In this document: piece by piece, positions 10,334-19,518 of the stretch
Numbering within the stretch: position 1 is the stretch's first letter
Layout of the letters: the number at the start of each line of letters is the position of its first letter
From: Bacteroidia bacterium
GTDB lineage: Bacteria > Bacteroidota > Bacteroidia > NS11-12g > UBA9320
Direction: 5' to 3'
Assembly (NCBI GenBank): GCA_965216465.1
Contig: CBDCFW010000006.1
Coordinates: forward strand, 544,001-608,000
Length of the DNA: 64,000 nt
Notes under the pieces: model-generated
Seen by the model: only the letters and a program-made list of their open reading frames with translations
Database searches by the model: none
What the model was told of the DNA's origin: nothing
Made by a program: the position numbers and the translations under genes

Positions 10334-11613
10334 TATTTCTTTACAACTATAAATTTATTCTTCTTCCCTTTTTGAAGTAAGATGTATTTGTCATTAATAA
10401 GATCATCAGACGATATAGTATATTCTTCTGTAACCTTTTCACTATTAACAGCAATCGCATTGCCTTTTAGTTCACGCTTAGCCTCACTTTTACTGCTTAA
10501 AAATCCTGAGTCAGCCAAGAGGTCCACAATATTTTGGCCTTCAACAGCCTCTACCTCAGCTTGATTTACCCCATTAAACACTGATAAGAAATCTTTCTCC
10601 GATAGTTTTCTCAACGATTCTGATGTTCCCTTTCCGAACAAAATCTGAGTTGCTTCGAATGCTGTGTTAAAACCTTCTTCACCATGCACCCAAGTTGTAA
10701 TATACTTCGCTAGTTCTTTCTGAAGTGACTTTCTATACTCTTGTCCTTTGTGCTCTGCAATTAACTCATTGATTTTAGCTTCATCGTATAACGTGAAAAT
10801 CTTAATCAGTCTTTCTGCGTCTTCATCAGAAGTATTAATCCAATACTGATAAAATTCGTATGGACTTGTTTTTTCAGCATCAAGCCACACATTTCCACCC
10901 TCACTTTTACCAAACTTACTTCCGTCTGCTTTGGTCAATAATGGAGCCGTCATGGCGTAACCTTTTCCTTCGCCTTTTCTTCTAATCAGCTCAGTTCCTG
11001 TAACGATATTTCCCCATTGGTCGCTACCTCCCATTTGGAGTTTTACGTTTCGCTTATCCCACAGGTGAAAGAAATCATAGCCCTGTACTAATTGGTAGCT
11101 AAACTCTGTGAAGCTCATGCCGTCTTCCAATCGATTTTTCACAGAATCTTTGGCCATCATGTAGTTCACAGATATGTGCTTTCCAACATCACGAATGAAT
11201 TCAAGAAAATTAAAATCTTTAAACCAGTCGTGATTATTTACTACTTCAGCACTATTGTCTCCGCAATCAAAATCAAGGAACTTTTCGAGTTGTTTCTTTT
11301 GACAAGCCAAATTGTGATTGATAACATCGATGTCAAGCAAGCTTCGTTCAGCTTTCTTGCCAGAAGGGTCTCCAACCATTCCTGTTGCTCCACCAACAAG
11401 TGCAAATGGCTTGTGGCCAGAGCGTTGCAAATGAACGAGCAGAATTATAGGAACCATATTCCCGATGTGTAATGAATCGGCAGTGGGGTCGAACCCGATA
11501 TATCCGCTTACCATTTCTTCCATCAATAATTCTTCGGTTCCGGGCATGTCTTGGTGAAACAATCCCCTCCACTTTAACTCTTCAACTAAATTGTATTTAG
11601 GTTTAAAAGACAT
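10333..11613 (-). CDS. tyrS: Tyrosine--tRNA ligase
   Basis: 'GFDPTADSLHIGN' (HIGH), 'QMGGSDQWGN', 'KFGKS' (KMSKS), C-terminal S4 domain. Confidence 0.97.
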   Translation of the reverse strand: MSFKPKYNLVEELKWRGLFHQDMPGTEELLMEEMVSGYIGFDPTADSLHIGNMVPIILLVHLQRSGHKPFALVGGATGMVGDPSGKKAERSLLDIDVINHNLACQKKQLEKFLDFDCGDNSAEVVNNHDWFKDFNFLEFIRDVGKHISVNYMMAKDSVKNRLEDGMSFTEFSYQLVQGYDFFHLWDKRNVKLQMGGSDQWGNIVTGTELIRRKGEGKGYAMTAPLLTKADGSKFGKSEGGNVWLDAEKTSPYEFYQYWINTSDEDAERLIKIFTLYDEAKINELIAEHKGQEYRKSLQKELAKYITTWVHGEEGFNTAFEATQILFGKGTSESLRKLSEKDFLSVFNGVNQAEVEAVEGQNIVDLLADSGFLSSKSEAKRELKGNAIAVNSEKVTEEYTISSDDLINDKYILLQKGKKNKFIVVKK

Positions 11614-11633
11614 TTCTGTTTGATAATAAGCGG

Positions 11634-11694
11634 CAAATGTAGCAAATGGGTGATGGAAAGTTCTAATTAGTTATTTGAAATTCGATTACATTTG
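11634..11694. promoter_or_regulatory. Divergent Bacteroidota sigma70 -7 boxes for tyrS (-) and polA (+)
   Basis: TACATTTG on the minus strand at 11634-11641 and on the plus strand at 11687-11694; both match TAnnTTTG. Confidence 0.65.
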
Positions 11695-11706
11695 ACCTCA
11701 CACAAT

Positions 11707-14502
11707 ATGTCATCTGAAAAAAAGCTTTTTCTACTCGATGCCTATGCACTAATTTTTAGAGCATACTACGCATTCATTAAAAATCCGAGAATTACTTCTT
11801 ACGGTTTAAATACCAATGCAATTTTTGGGTTTACTACCACGTTGCTTGAGGTCTTGGAGAAATACAAACCCACGCACATTGCAGTTTGCTTCGACCACAA
11901 ATCTGAGAATATTCGAAAACAAGAATTCGAGTTTTATAAAGCCAATCGAGATGAAACCCCAGAAGACATAAAGCGCTCTGAACCTTTTATACGAAAGATT
12001 ATCGATGCATTCAATATTCCTATAATTGAGAAAGAAGGCTATGAGGCTGACGACGTAATTGTAACGCTAGCAAAACACGCAGAAAATGCGGGATTTACCA
12101 CGTATATGATGACGCCGGATAAGGATTTTGGACAGGCTGTAACGGAGAAAACACTCATGTTTAGACCTGCCAGAGGAGGTAATGCTCCTGAAGTTTGGGG
12201 GCCTGCAGAAATTTGTGCAAAGTTTGGAATAAACCGAACCGAGCAGGTTATTGATGTTCTTGGACTCATGGGTGACGCCGTCGATAACATCCCTGGAGTT
12301 CCGGGAGTAGGAGCGAAAACAGCAGCCAAGCTTTTACAAGAATTTGATTCTATTGAAAACCTGTACGAGAACACTGATAAGCTCAAAGGAAAGCTCAAAG
12401 AGAAAATAGAAGAGAACAAAGAGTCTGCCTTTATATCTAAAAAACTAGCAACAATAATTACCGATGTTCCCGTTGAATTTAATGAACAAGATCTTATTGT
12501 AGAAGAAGCAAATAAAGAAACGCTTAATCAACTTTTCACCGAACTAGAATTTAGGACCCTAGGCAAACGAATCTTTGGTGATCAAATGGCTGCAGGAATG
12601 GCCGTTCAAGGAGATCTTTTTGCATCTGGGCCATCAGCAGCAGCACCTTCTGCTACACCTGAAACCACAGCCTCTGGCTTGGTTCGTTTACAAACTATTG
12701 ACTCTGTTGATCACAATTATAAACTCGTTGATAATCAACAACTAAGAACGGAGTTGATTGGCAATATCATGAGTCAAAAATCGGTATGTTTCGATACAGA
12801 AACCACTTCATTAAATGAAATGGATGCCGAAATTTTAGGGCTCGCAATTGCTTATGAATCTGGTGAGGCATTTTATGTGAACATGCCTGCTGATTTTGAA
12901 GAAACCAAATCGATTTTAAGCGAATTCAAACCCTTTTTTGAGAGCCTAAAAATTGAAAAAATAGCACAAAATCTGAAGTACGACTTGAAGGTTCTCGTCA
13001 AATATGGAATCGAAATTAAAGGACCTCAATTCGACACCATGCTGGCCCATTACTTGAACAATCCAGACGGTAGACACGGTATGGATATTTTATCTGAGAA
13101 GTATTTGAACTACAAGCCGGTTTCTATCACCGAATTGATTGGAAAAAAAGGCAAGAACCAACTGTCATTTTCTGAAGTTCCGCTAGATAAAGCTACAGAA
13201 TATGCTGCTGAAGATGCAGATATTACCTTCCAACTAAAAGCTCCATTGCAAAAGGAGATGATCGACAAGCAAGTAGCACATTTGATGCAACGCATGGAAG
13301 TGCCTTTGGTATCTGTACTTGCCAAAATGGAATTGGAAGGGGTTAATGTAGATGCCGACTTCTTAAACAACTATTCGGAGGAACTTAAAATTGAATCCGA
13401 TAAACTAGAACAGTCTATCTATGATTTATCAGGTTGTGATTTCAACATTGCAAGTCCAAAACAACTTGGAGAAGTGCTCTTTGACGTGATGAAACTCGAT
13501 AGCAAAGCCAAAAAAACGCGAACCGGTCAGTACAAGACCGATGAAGAAACACTACGTAAACTGGCTGAAGATCATGAGATTGTAGGTAACATATTGGAGT
13601 TTCGTCAAATTAATAAGCTAAAATCGACTTATGTAGATGCTTTACCCAAATTGATACATCCGAGCACTGGACGCGTACACACCAGCTTCGCTCAGGCCGT
13701 TGCTGCAACAGGAAGATTGAGCAGCAACAACCCCAACCTGCAAAACATTCCGATTAGAACGGATAAAGGGAAAGAGATTCGAAAAGCATTTGTTCCTAGA
13801 GATGAAAATCACATACTTTTAGCTGCGGACTATTCTCAGATTGAATTGAGAATTGTTGCTTCTGTTGCTGAAGATCCTGGACTGATGGAAGCTTTTCATG
13901 CCGGATTAGATATTCATACCGCAACTGCAGCCAAAGTGTTTGGAATTCCAACCGAAGAAGTTACCAAAGAGCAACGCTATCGAGCTAAGAGTGTAAACTT
14001 TGGCTTAATTTATGGACAAGGAGCATTTGGACTTTCTAAAAATATTGGGGTGTCGAGAAGTGAAGCACAAGATCTTATTGAAGCTTATTTTGAACAATTT
14101 GCTGGAGTTAAGAAATACATGGATGACTCCATTGCATTTTGTCGAGACAATGGATATGTAAAAACCATGATGGGTAGGAGAAGATATATTCCAGACATCA
14201 ACTCAGCGAACAAAACGGTGGTTGGATTTGCTGAGCGAAATGCTATTAATGCACCGATTCAAGGATCTGCTGCTGACATGATTAAGATGGCCATGATAAA
14301 CATTGATGCCCGCTTGAGTAAAATGAATATTGGCACCAAAATGATTCTACAGGTGCATGATGAATTACTTTTTGACGTTCCTAAATCTGAACTTGACGAA
14401 ATTACACCCATTATTAAACAAGAAATGGAAAGAGCAATGCCGCTCAAAGTACCTGTTTTGGTTGAAGCTGGCACCGGGAATAATTGGCTTGAAGCTCACT
14501 AA
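11707..14502 (+). CDS. polA: DNA polymerase I
   Basis: 5'-3' exonuclease 'EADD', 3'-5' exonuclease 'FDTET', polymerase 'DYSQIELR' and 'QVHDEL'. ATG 11707 preferred because the track's TTG at 11692 lies inside the promoter box. Confidence 0.97.
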   Translation: MSSEKKLFLLDAYALIFRAYYAFIKNPRITSYGLNTNAIFGFTTTLLEVLEKYKPTHIAVCFDHKSENIRKQEFEFYKANRDETPEDIKRSEPFIRKIIDAFNIPIIEKEGYEADDVIVTLAKHAENAGFTTYMMTPDKDFGQAVTEKTLMFRPARGGNAPEVWGPAEICAKFGINRTEQVIDVLGLMGDAVDNIPGVPGVGAKTAAKLLQEFDSIENLYENTDKLKGKLKEKIEENKESAFISKKLATIITDVPVEFNEQDLIVEEANKETLNQLFTELEFRTLGKRIFGDQMAAGMAVQGDLFASGPSAAAPSATPETTASGLVRLQTIDSVDHNYKLVDNQQLRTELIGNIMSQKSVCFDTETTSLNEMDAEILGLAIAYESGEAFYVNMPADFEETKSILSEFKPFFESLKIEKIAQNLKYDLKVLVKYGIEIKGPQFDTMLAHYLNNPDGRHGMDILSEKYLNYKPVSITELIGKKGKNQLSFSEVPLDKATEYAAEDADITFQLKAPLQKEMIDKQVAHLMQRMEVPLVSVLAKMELEGVNVDADFLNNYSEELKIESDKLEQSIYDLSGCDFNIASPKQLGEVLFDVMKLDSKAKKTRTGQYKTDEETLRKLAEDHEIVGNILEFRQINKLKSTYVDALPKLIHPSTGRVHTSFAQAVAATGRLSSNNPNLQNIPIRTDKGKEIRKAFVPRDENHILLAADYSQIELRIVASVAEDPGLMEAFHAGLDIHTATAAKVFGIPTEEVTKEQRYRAKSVNFGLIYGQGAFGLSKNIGVSRSEAQDLIEAYFEQFAGVKKYMDDSIAFCRDNGYVKTMMGRRRYIPDINSANKTVVGFAERNAINAPIQGSAADMIKMAMINIDARLSKMNIGTKMILQVHDELLFDVPKSELDEITPIIKQEMERAMPLKVPVLVEAGTGNNWLEAH

Positions 14503-14523
14503 TTAATAATATTGCCCCAAAAT

Positions 14524-15267
14524 ATGTCTAAAACCTATTTTGCTTCAGATTTTCATTTAGGAATACCTAATTATGAGGAGTCGCTCAAGCGAGAGAAAAA
14601 AGTTGTTGCTTGGCTCGATGAAATCAGTGAGGATTGTGAAAAATTGTTTTTGCTTGGAGACATATTTGATTTCTGGTACGAGTACCGTAAAGCTGTGCCT
14701 CGCTACTATACGCGATTGTTAGGGAAGCTTGCTCAAATGTCTGACAGCGGAATAGAAATCTACTTTTTTAAAGGAAACCACGATATGTGGACGTTCGATT
14801 ACCTTGAGAAAGAAATTGGTGTTACCGTGGTTAATGAAGAATGGATGGGAGAAATTAACGACAAGAATTTTTACTTGCATCATGGAGACGCCTTGTGGAA
14901 AGGTGAACGTTCTTACAAGATGATTCGCAAGTTGTTTAGAAGCCGTTGGGCGATCTGGTTATTCCATCGTTTACACCCCAATTTTGGTATTGGACTCGCT
15001 AATTTCTTATCGCGGAAAAGCAGAAGTAAAAATGTAGCAAAAGACACGAAGGAGATTCCTTTAGAAAGCGAATATCAATACCAGTTTGCCAAACATCATG
15101 TAAAAGATCATTCCTTCGATTTCTATATCTTTGGTCATCGACATAAGCCCATGGATGTACTTCTAAACGAAAAATCTCGTTTAATTAACCTAGGTGATTG
15201 GGTGAATTTTTACACCTACGCAGAGTTTGACGGTAATGATTTGCAACTTAAGACATATAGCAATTAG
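14524..15267 (+). CDS. lpxH: UDP-2,3-diacylglucosamine diphosphatase (metallophosphoesterase)
   Basis: 'SDFHLG', 'GDIFDFW', 'GNHD', 'HHGD', 'FGHRH', 'NLGDW'. Confidence 0.88.
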   Translation: MSKTYFASDFHLGIPNYEESLKREKKVVAWLDEISEDCEKLFLLGDIFDFWYEYRKAVPRYYTRLLGKLAQMSDSGIEIYFFKGNHDMWTFDYLEKEIGVTVVNEEWMGEINDKNFYLHHGDALWKGERSYKMIRKLFRSRWAIWLFHRLHPNFGIGLANFLSRKSRSKNVAKDTKEIPLESEYQYQFAKHHVKDHSFDFYIFGHRHKPMDVLLNEKSRLINLGDWVNFYTYAEFDGNDLQLKTYSN

Positions 15268-16036
15268 CATCTTTGCACTTCTAATTTGTGGAGTGGGATT
15301 TGCACAAGATTCACTTGTTGTAAAGTCTGTCGATCAAATCGAAGCATTGGCTTTAGATGCTAATGGGTTTTTTTACGCCGCGGATAATAATAATACGCTT
15401 CATAAACTGGACGAAAATGGCAAAGAAATCACCAATGTAAATGTGAAAATCTACGGTAAGATTTCAAAAATTGATTGCTCTAATCCATTTGAAATTTACA
15501 CTTATCATCAAGATCAAAACGTTGTGGTTTACTATGATAACATGTTGAATATTAGAGGAGTAACTCGTTTTAACGACTTGTACCTTAGCGGTGTTTCGGC
15601 CATTGCTCGAACCTACGACAATGGGGTTTGGGCGTTTGACAATTCGAATAATACCATTAAAAAAATATCGAAAGCAGGTGATATTGAGTTTGAAACCAAT
15701 AACGTGAATATAATGCTTGGAAAAGAGCTTCATGTATTCAACATTTTGGAGTTTAATAACAATGTTTATTTGTGTGATAGTCTGATTGGATTGATTCAGT
15801 TTGATATGTACGGGACTTACGTTTCTACCCACTTTATTTCAGACGTAATTGATGCTCTTATTGATGATCAAAATTGTCTGATCAACAAAGACAATCAGAT
15901 CATGACATACCATTTTTTAAGTCGTGATTTGAGACCGATAGAACCCAAAATTACATTGACCAATTTTATGGCAGGAAGCAATACCAAACTGGTATCATTC
16001 GAGAATAATGTGATTTTGGTCTTTACTGCCAATTAA
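15236..16036 (+). CDS. Conserved hypothetical secreted protein, probable beta-propeller
   Basis: Signal-peptide-like N-terminus; 'D..NPF....y' and 'FD.yGTY' repeats; start codon uncertain (15227 or 15236). Confidence 0.6.
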   Translation: MICNLRHIAISIFALLICGVGFAQDSLVVKSVDQIEALALDANGFFYAADNNNTLHKLDENGKEITNVNVKIYGKISKIDCSNPFEIYTYHQDQNVVVYYDNMLNIRGVTRFNDLYLSGVSAIARTYDNGVWAFDNSNNTIKKISKAGDIEFETNNVNIMLGKELHVFNILEFNNNVYLCDSLIGLIQFDMYGTYVSTHFISDVIDALIDDQNCLINKDNQIMTYHFLSRDLRPIEPKITLTNFMAGSNTKLVSFENNVILVFTAN

Positions 16037-16041
16037 AACAA

Positions 16042-16049
16042 TATTTTTG
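16042..16049 (+). promoter_or_regulatory. -7 promoter box for prfA
   Basis: TATTTTTG, 16 nt upstream of the ATG. Confidence 0.55.
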
Positions 16050-16065
16050 CAGCTAATTTTTACCG

Positions 16066-17136
16066 ATGTTAGACAAGCTCGAGGCCATACATGCCCGGTA
16101 TAAAGAGGTTGAATTGCTGCTAAGCAGTCCTGAAATTGCTTCGGATATGAAGAAGTTCACTAAACTTAACAAGGAGTATAGTGATTTGAAGCAAATTGAT
16201 GAGAAGTATTTTGAATACAAAAACCTGCTCTCTAATTTGGCTGAAGCCAAGGAGATGCTTGAAATGAGCGATGATCCTGAAATGAAGGAGCTTGCAAAGG
16301 AAGAATTCGAGAGCTTATCAGAAAAACAAGCACCCCTAGAAGAGGAAATCAAAATTCTATTGATTCCCAAAGATCCTGAAGATGATAAAAACGCTATTCT
16401 AGAAATTCGTGCCGGTACTGGTGGAGACGAAGCAAGTTTGTTTGCTGGAGATCTTTACCGAATGTATGCCAAATACTTCGACCAGAAAGGGTGGAGATAT
16501 GAGGTAATGGACACTACCGAAGGGACTGTCGGAGGATACAAGGAAATAATCTTGAAAATCGAAGGAACCGAAATCTTCGGTAACTTAAAGTATGAAGCCG
16601 GCGTTCATCGTGTTCAGCGTGTACCAGACACTGAAACTCAAGGAAGAGTTCATACATCAGCGGCAACAGTTGCTGTGCTTCCTGAAGTTGAAGAGGTAGA
16701 TGTTCAAATCAATCCTGCTGATATTGAAATGCAAACTTCAAGATCAGGAGGTGCTGGAGGTCAAAATGTAAACAAGGTTGAAACCAAGGTTCAGCTTACG
16801 CACAAACCGACCGGTATTGTTGTAGTATGTCAAATTGAGCGTTCTCAACTTGGCAATAGAGAAAGAGCTATGGAGATGTTGCGGGCTAAGCTTTACGACA
16901 TTGAATTGGTGAAACGAAATGGAGACATTGCTGCTAAAAGAAAGACTATGGTTTCTACCGGAGACCGGTCGGCAAAAATCAGAACTTACAACTACCCTCA
17001 AGGAAGGGTAACAGATCACCGTATCAATCTGACACTCTACAATTTACCTGGAGTAATGAACGGCGATATCGACGAAATAATCAGCCAATTAAAAATGGCA
17101 GAAAATGCAGAAAAACTTAAGGTCGGAGGCTTATAA
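16066..17136 (+). CDS. prfA: Peptide chain release factor 1
   Basis: GGQ motif, RF1-type 'P.T' tripeptide (VPDT), 'RTYNYPQGR'. Confidence 0.96.
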   Translation: MLDKLEAIHARYKEVELLLSSPEIASDMKKFTKLNKEYSDLKQIDEKYFEYKNLLSNLAEAKEMLEMSDDPEMKELAKEEFESLSEKQAPLEEEIKILLIPKDPEDDKNAILEIRAGTGGDEASLFAGDLYRMYAKYFDQKGWRYEVMDTTEGTVGGYKEIILKIEGTEIFGNLKYEAGVHRVQRVPDTETQGRVHTSAATVAVLPEVEEVDVQINPADIEMQTSRSGGAGGQNVNKVETKVQLTHKPTGIVVVCQIERSQLGNRERAMEMLRAKLYDIELVKRNGDIAAKRKTMVSTGDRSAKIRTYNYPQGRVTDHRINLTLYNLPGVMNGDIDEIISQLKMAENAEKLKVGGL

Positions 17137-17203
17137 ACAACTACTGTTGGTATTTTGTTGGCACTAGAATTTACGTCCAGACCTTTTATGCATTATGTTA
17201 ATT

Positions 17204-17211
17204 TACTTTTG
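17204..17211 (+). promoter_or_regulatory. -7 promoter box for glutamine synthetase
   Basis: TACTTTTG upstream of ATG 17233. Confidence 0.55.
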
Positions 17212-17232
17212 ACCATACTATATCATTAAACA

Positions 17233-19392
17233 ATGAGATTTGACGCTATAAAATCAGCCCAAAACAGAAAAGTCTTCAAAAACAAAACTGCAAAAACACC
17301 AATTCCTGAATTGTACGGAAGCAATGTTTTTGGCGACGAGGCAATGAAAAATGTCTTGAGTAAGGAAGCTTACAAATCTGTAAATTCTTCTATCAAAGAA
17401 GGAAAGGCAATTAATCGTGAAATGGCTGCACATGTTGCAGCTGGTTTAAAGAGATGGGCTCTTTCAAAAGGAGCGACACATTACACTCACTGGTTTCAAC
17501 CCTTAACAGGAGCAACAGCTGAGAAGCACGACTCTTTTTACGACCCAGACAACGGAGCTGCCATTGAAAAGTTCTCCGCTGAGAATTTAGTGCAGCAAGA
17601 GCCTGACGCATCAAGCTTACCGAATGGTGGATTGAGAAACACTTTTGAGGCTAGAGGTTATACGGCCTGGGATCCATCGTCTCCAGCCTTCATTTATGAA
17701 AACTCTACAGGGAAAACATTGTGTATCCCAACTGTTTTTGTTTCATACAATGGCGAAGCTCTAGATTACAAAGCACCACTTTTGAAATCATTGAATTTGG
17801 TAGACAAAGCAGCAACCGCGGTTTGTAAATACTTCGATACTAAAGTAACTAATTGTAAAGCGTCACTTGGTATTGAGCAAGAATATTTCTTAGTAGACGA
17901 AGCATTGTTTAATGCTCGACCTGACCTTGTACTATGCGAACGCACGTTGGTAGGTCATGCCCCTGCTAAAGGCCAGCAAATGGATGACCATTACTTTGGT
18001 TCTATTCCTGATCGTGTATTCAATTACATGTACGATTTTGAACTAGAAGCATTGAAGCTTGGAATTCCTTTGAAAACTCGTCACAATGAGGTTGCCCCAG
18101 GGCAGTTTGAATGTGCACCGATGTTCGAAGATGTAAATCTAGCCATCGACCACAATCAATTGTTAATGGACTTGATGGATGAGGTAGCGAGAAGACATGG
18201 GTTTAGAGTGTTATTCCACGAAAAGCCGTTTGCAGGAGTTAATGGCTCAGGAAAACACAACAATTGGTCTTTGATCACAAACACTGGAGTAAATCTTCTT
18301 TCTCCTGGAGACAATCCTGATTCAAATCTTCTGTTCTTAACTGCTTTCATTAATACAATCAAAGCGGTACATGACAACTCAGATATTATCAGAGCTAGTA
18401 TCGCGTCATCGTCAAATGACCATAGATTGGGTGCAAACGAAGCACCTCCGGCTATCATTTCGGTATTTATCGGGTCTACCCTAACCAAAGTACTTGAAGC
18501 TTTTGAAAAAGATACCAAATCAAGCAATGAATCAGGCAGAACAATTTTAATTGATAAGATTCCAGAAATTATTGCTGATAATACGGACAGAAATAGAACT
18601 TCACCTTTCGCCTTTACTGGAAATAAATTTGAGTTAAGAGCAGTTGGGTCAAACACCAACTCTGCTCAACCAATGACAGTTCTAAATTCTGCCGTAGGTA
18701 ACCAACTTATTGATTTTAAGAAGAAGGTTGATGCTCGAATCGAAAAAGGAACAAGCAAGAAGCAAGCTATCATTGCTGAGTTAAAAGCAACGCTAAAAGC
18801 TTCTAAGAAAATTCTTTTTGAAGGAAACAACTACAGCGATGAGTGGGCTGCTGAAGCCAAGAAAAGAGGTTTAAGCAACATCAAGAACACTCCAGAATCG
18901 TTGAAAGCGTATGTTAGTAAGCAAGCAATCAAAACCTTTGTAGACAATAACATTTTTACCAAAGAAGAACTTCATGCTCGTCTTGAAATCATGTACGAAG
19001 AGTATACGAAGAAAATTCAAATCGAGGGAAGAGTGCTGGGTGAAATGGTTTACACTTACATACTTCCTCCTTCAATTGAGTATCTAACTACGTTGGCAAA
19101 TAATGTTAAAGCTTTAAAAGATGCAGGATTAAAATCAGGCAAATCTCAAACTGACTTGATTAAAGCGATTGCAGATCATATCGATCAGGCTAAAGCAAAG
19201 ACTGATAAAATGACCGAAGAGCGTAAAAAAGCCAACAGAATGAAAGACATCGAGAAAATGGCTATTGCCTACAACAAAAAGGTGAAAGAATCATTTGATG
19301 ACATTCGTAAGCATATCGACAAATTAGAGCTTCTTGTAGACGATCAACTTTGGCAATTGCCAAAATACAGAGAGTTGCTATTTATCAAGTAA
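17233..19392 (+). CDS. glnA: Glutamine synthetase type III
   Basis: 719 aa; 'HYTHWFQPLTG.TAEKHD', 'EPDASS', 'HNEVAP', 'DRNRTSPFAFTGNKFE'. Confidence 0.95.
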   Translation: MRFDAIKSAQNRKVFKNKTAKTPIPELYGSNVFGDEAMKNVLSKEAYKSVNSSIKEGKAINREMAAHVAAGLKRWALSKGATHYTHWFQPLTGATAEKHDSFYDPDNGAAIEKFSAENLVQQEPDASSLPNGGLRNTFEARGYTAWDPSSPAFIYENSTGKTLCIPTVFVSYNGEALDYKAPLLKSLNLVDKAATAVCKYFDTKVTNCKASLGIEQEYFLVDEALFNARPDLVLCERTLVGHAPAKGQQMDDHYFGSIPDRVFNYMYDFELEALKLGIPLKTRHNEVAPGQFECAPMFEDVNLAIDHNQLLMDLMDEVARRHGFRVLFHEKPFAGVNGSGKHNNWSLITNTGVNLLSPGDNPDSNLLFLTAFINTIKAVHDNSDIIRASIASSSNDHRLGANEAPPAIISVFIGSTLTKVLEAFEKDTKSSNESGRTILIDKIPEIIADNTDRNRTSPFAFTGNKFELRAVGSNTNSAQPMTVLNSAVGNQLIDFKKKVDARIEKGTSKKQAIIAELKATLKASKKILFEGNNYSDEWAAEAKKRGLSNIKNTPESLKAYVSKQAIKTFVDNNIFTKEELHARLEIMYEEYTKKIQIEGRVLGEMVYTYILPPSIEYLTTLANNVKALKDAGLKSGKSQTDLIKAIADHIDQAKAKTDKMTEERKKANRMKDIEKMAIAYNKKVKESFDDIRKHIDKLELLVDDQLWQLPKYRELLFIK

Positions 19393-19416
19393 TTACGATT
19401 ATTTAATATACAGATT

Positions 19417-19450
19417 ACCCCTTCAGTACATAATTATTGGAGGGGTTTTT
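19417..19450 (+). terminator. Intrinsic terminator after glnA
   Basis: ACCCCTTCAGTA-loop-TATTGGAGGGGT followed by a T-run. Confidence 0.7.
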
Positions 19451-19518
19451 CGTTTAATACTAACTTTTATTTGTTTTTAGGTACAGAATTTTTGATTTTT
19501 GACGTTTCTAAATTCGTA

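Noticed and set aside
16066-17136. prfB-like programmed frameshift
   Set aside because: The ORF is continuous and carries the RF1 PxT motif, not SPF
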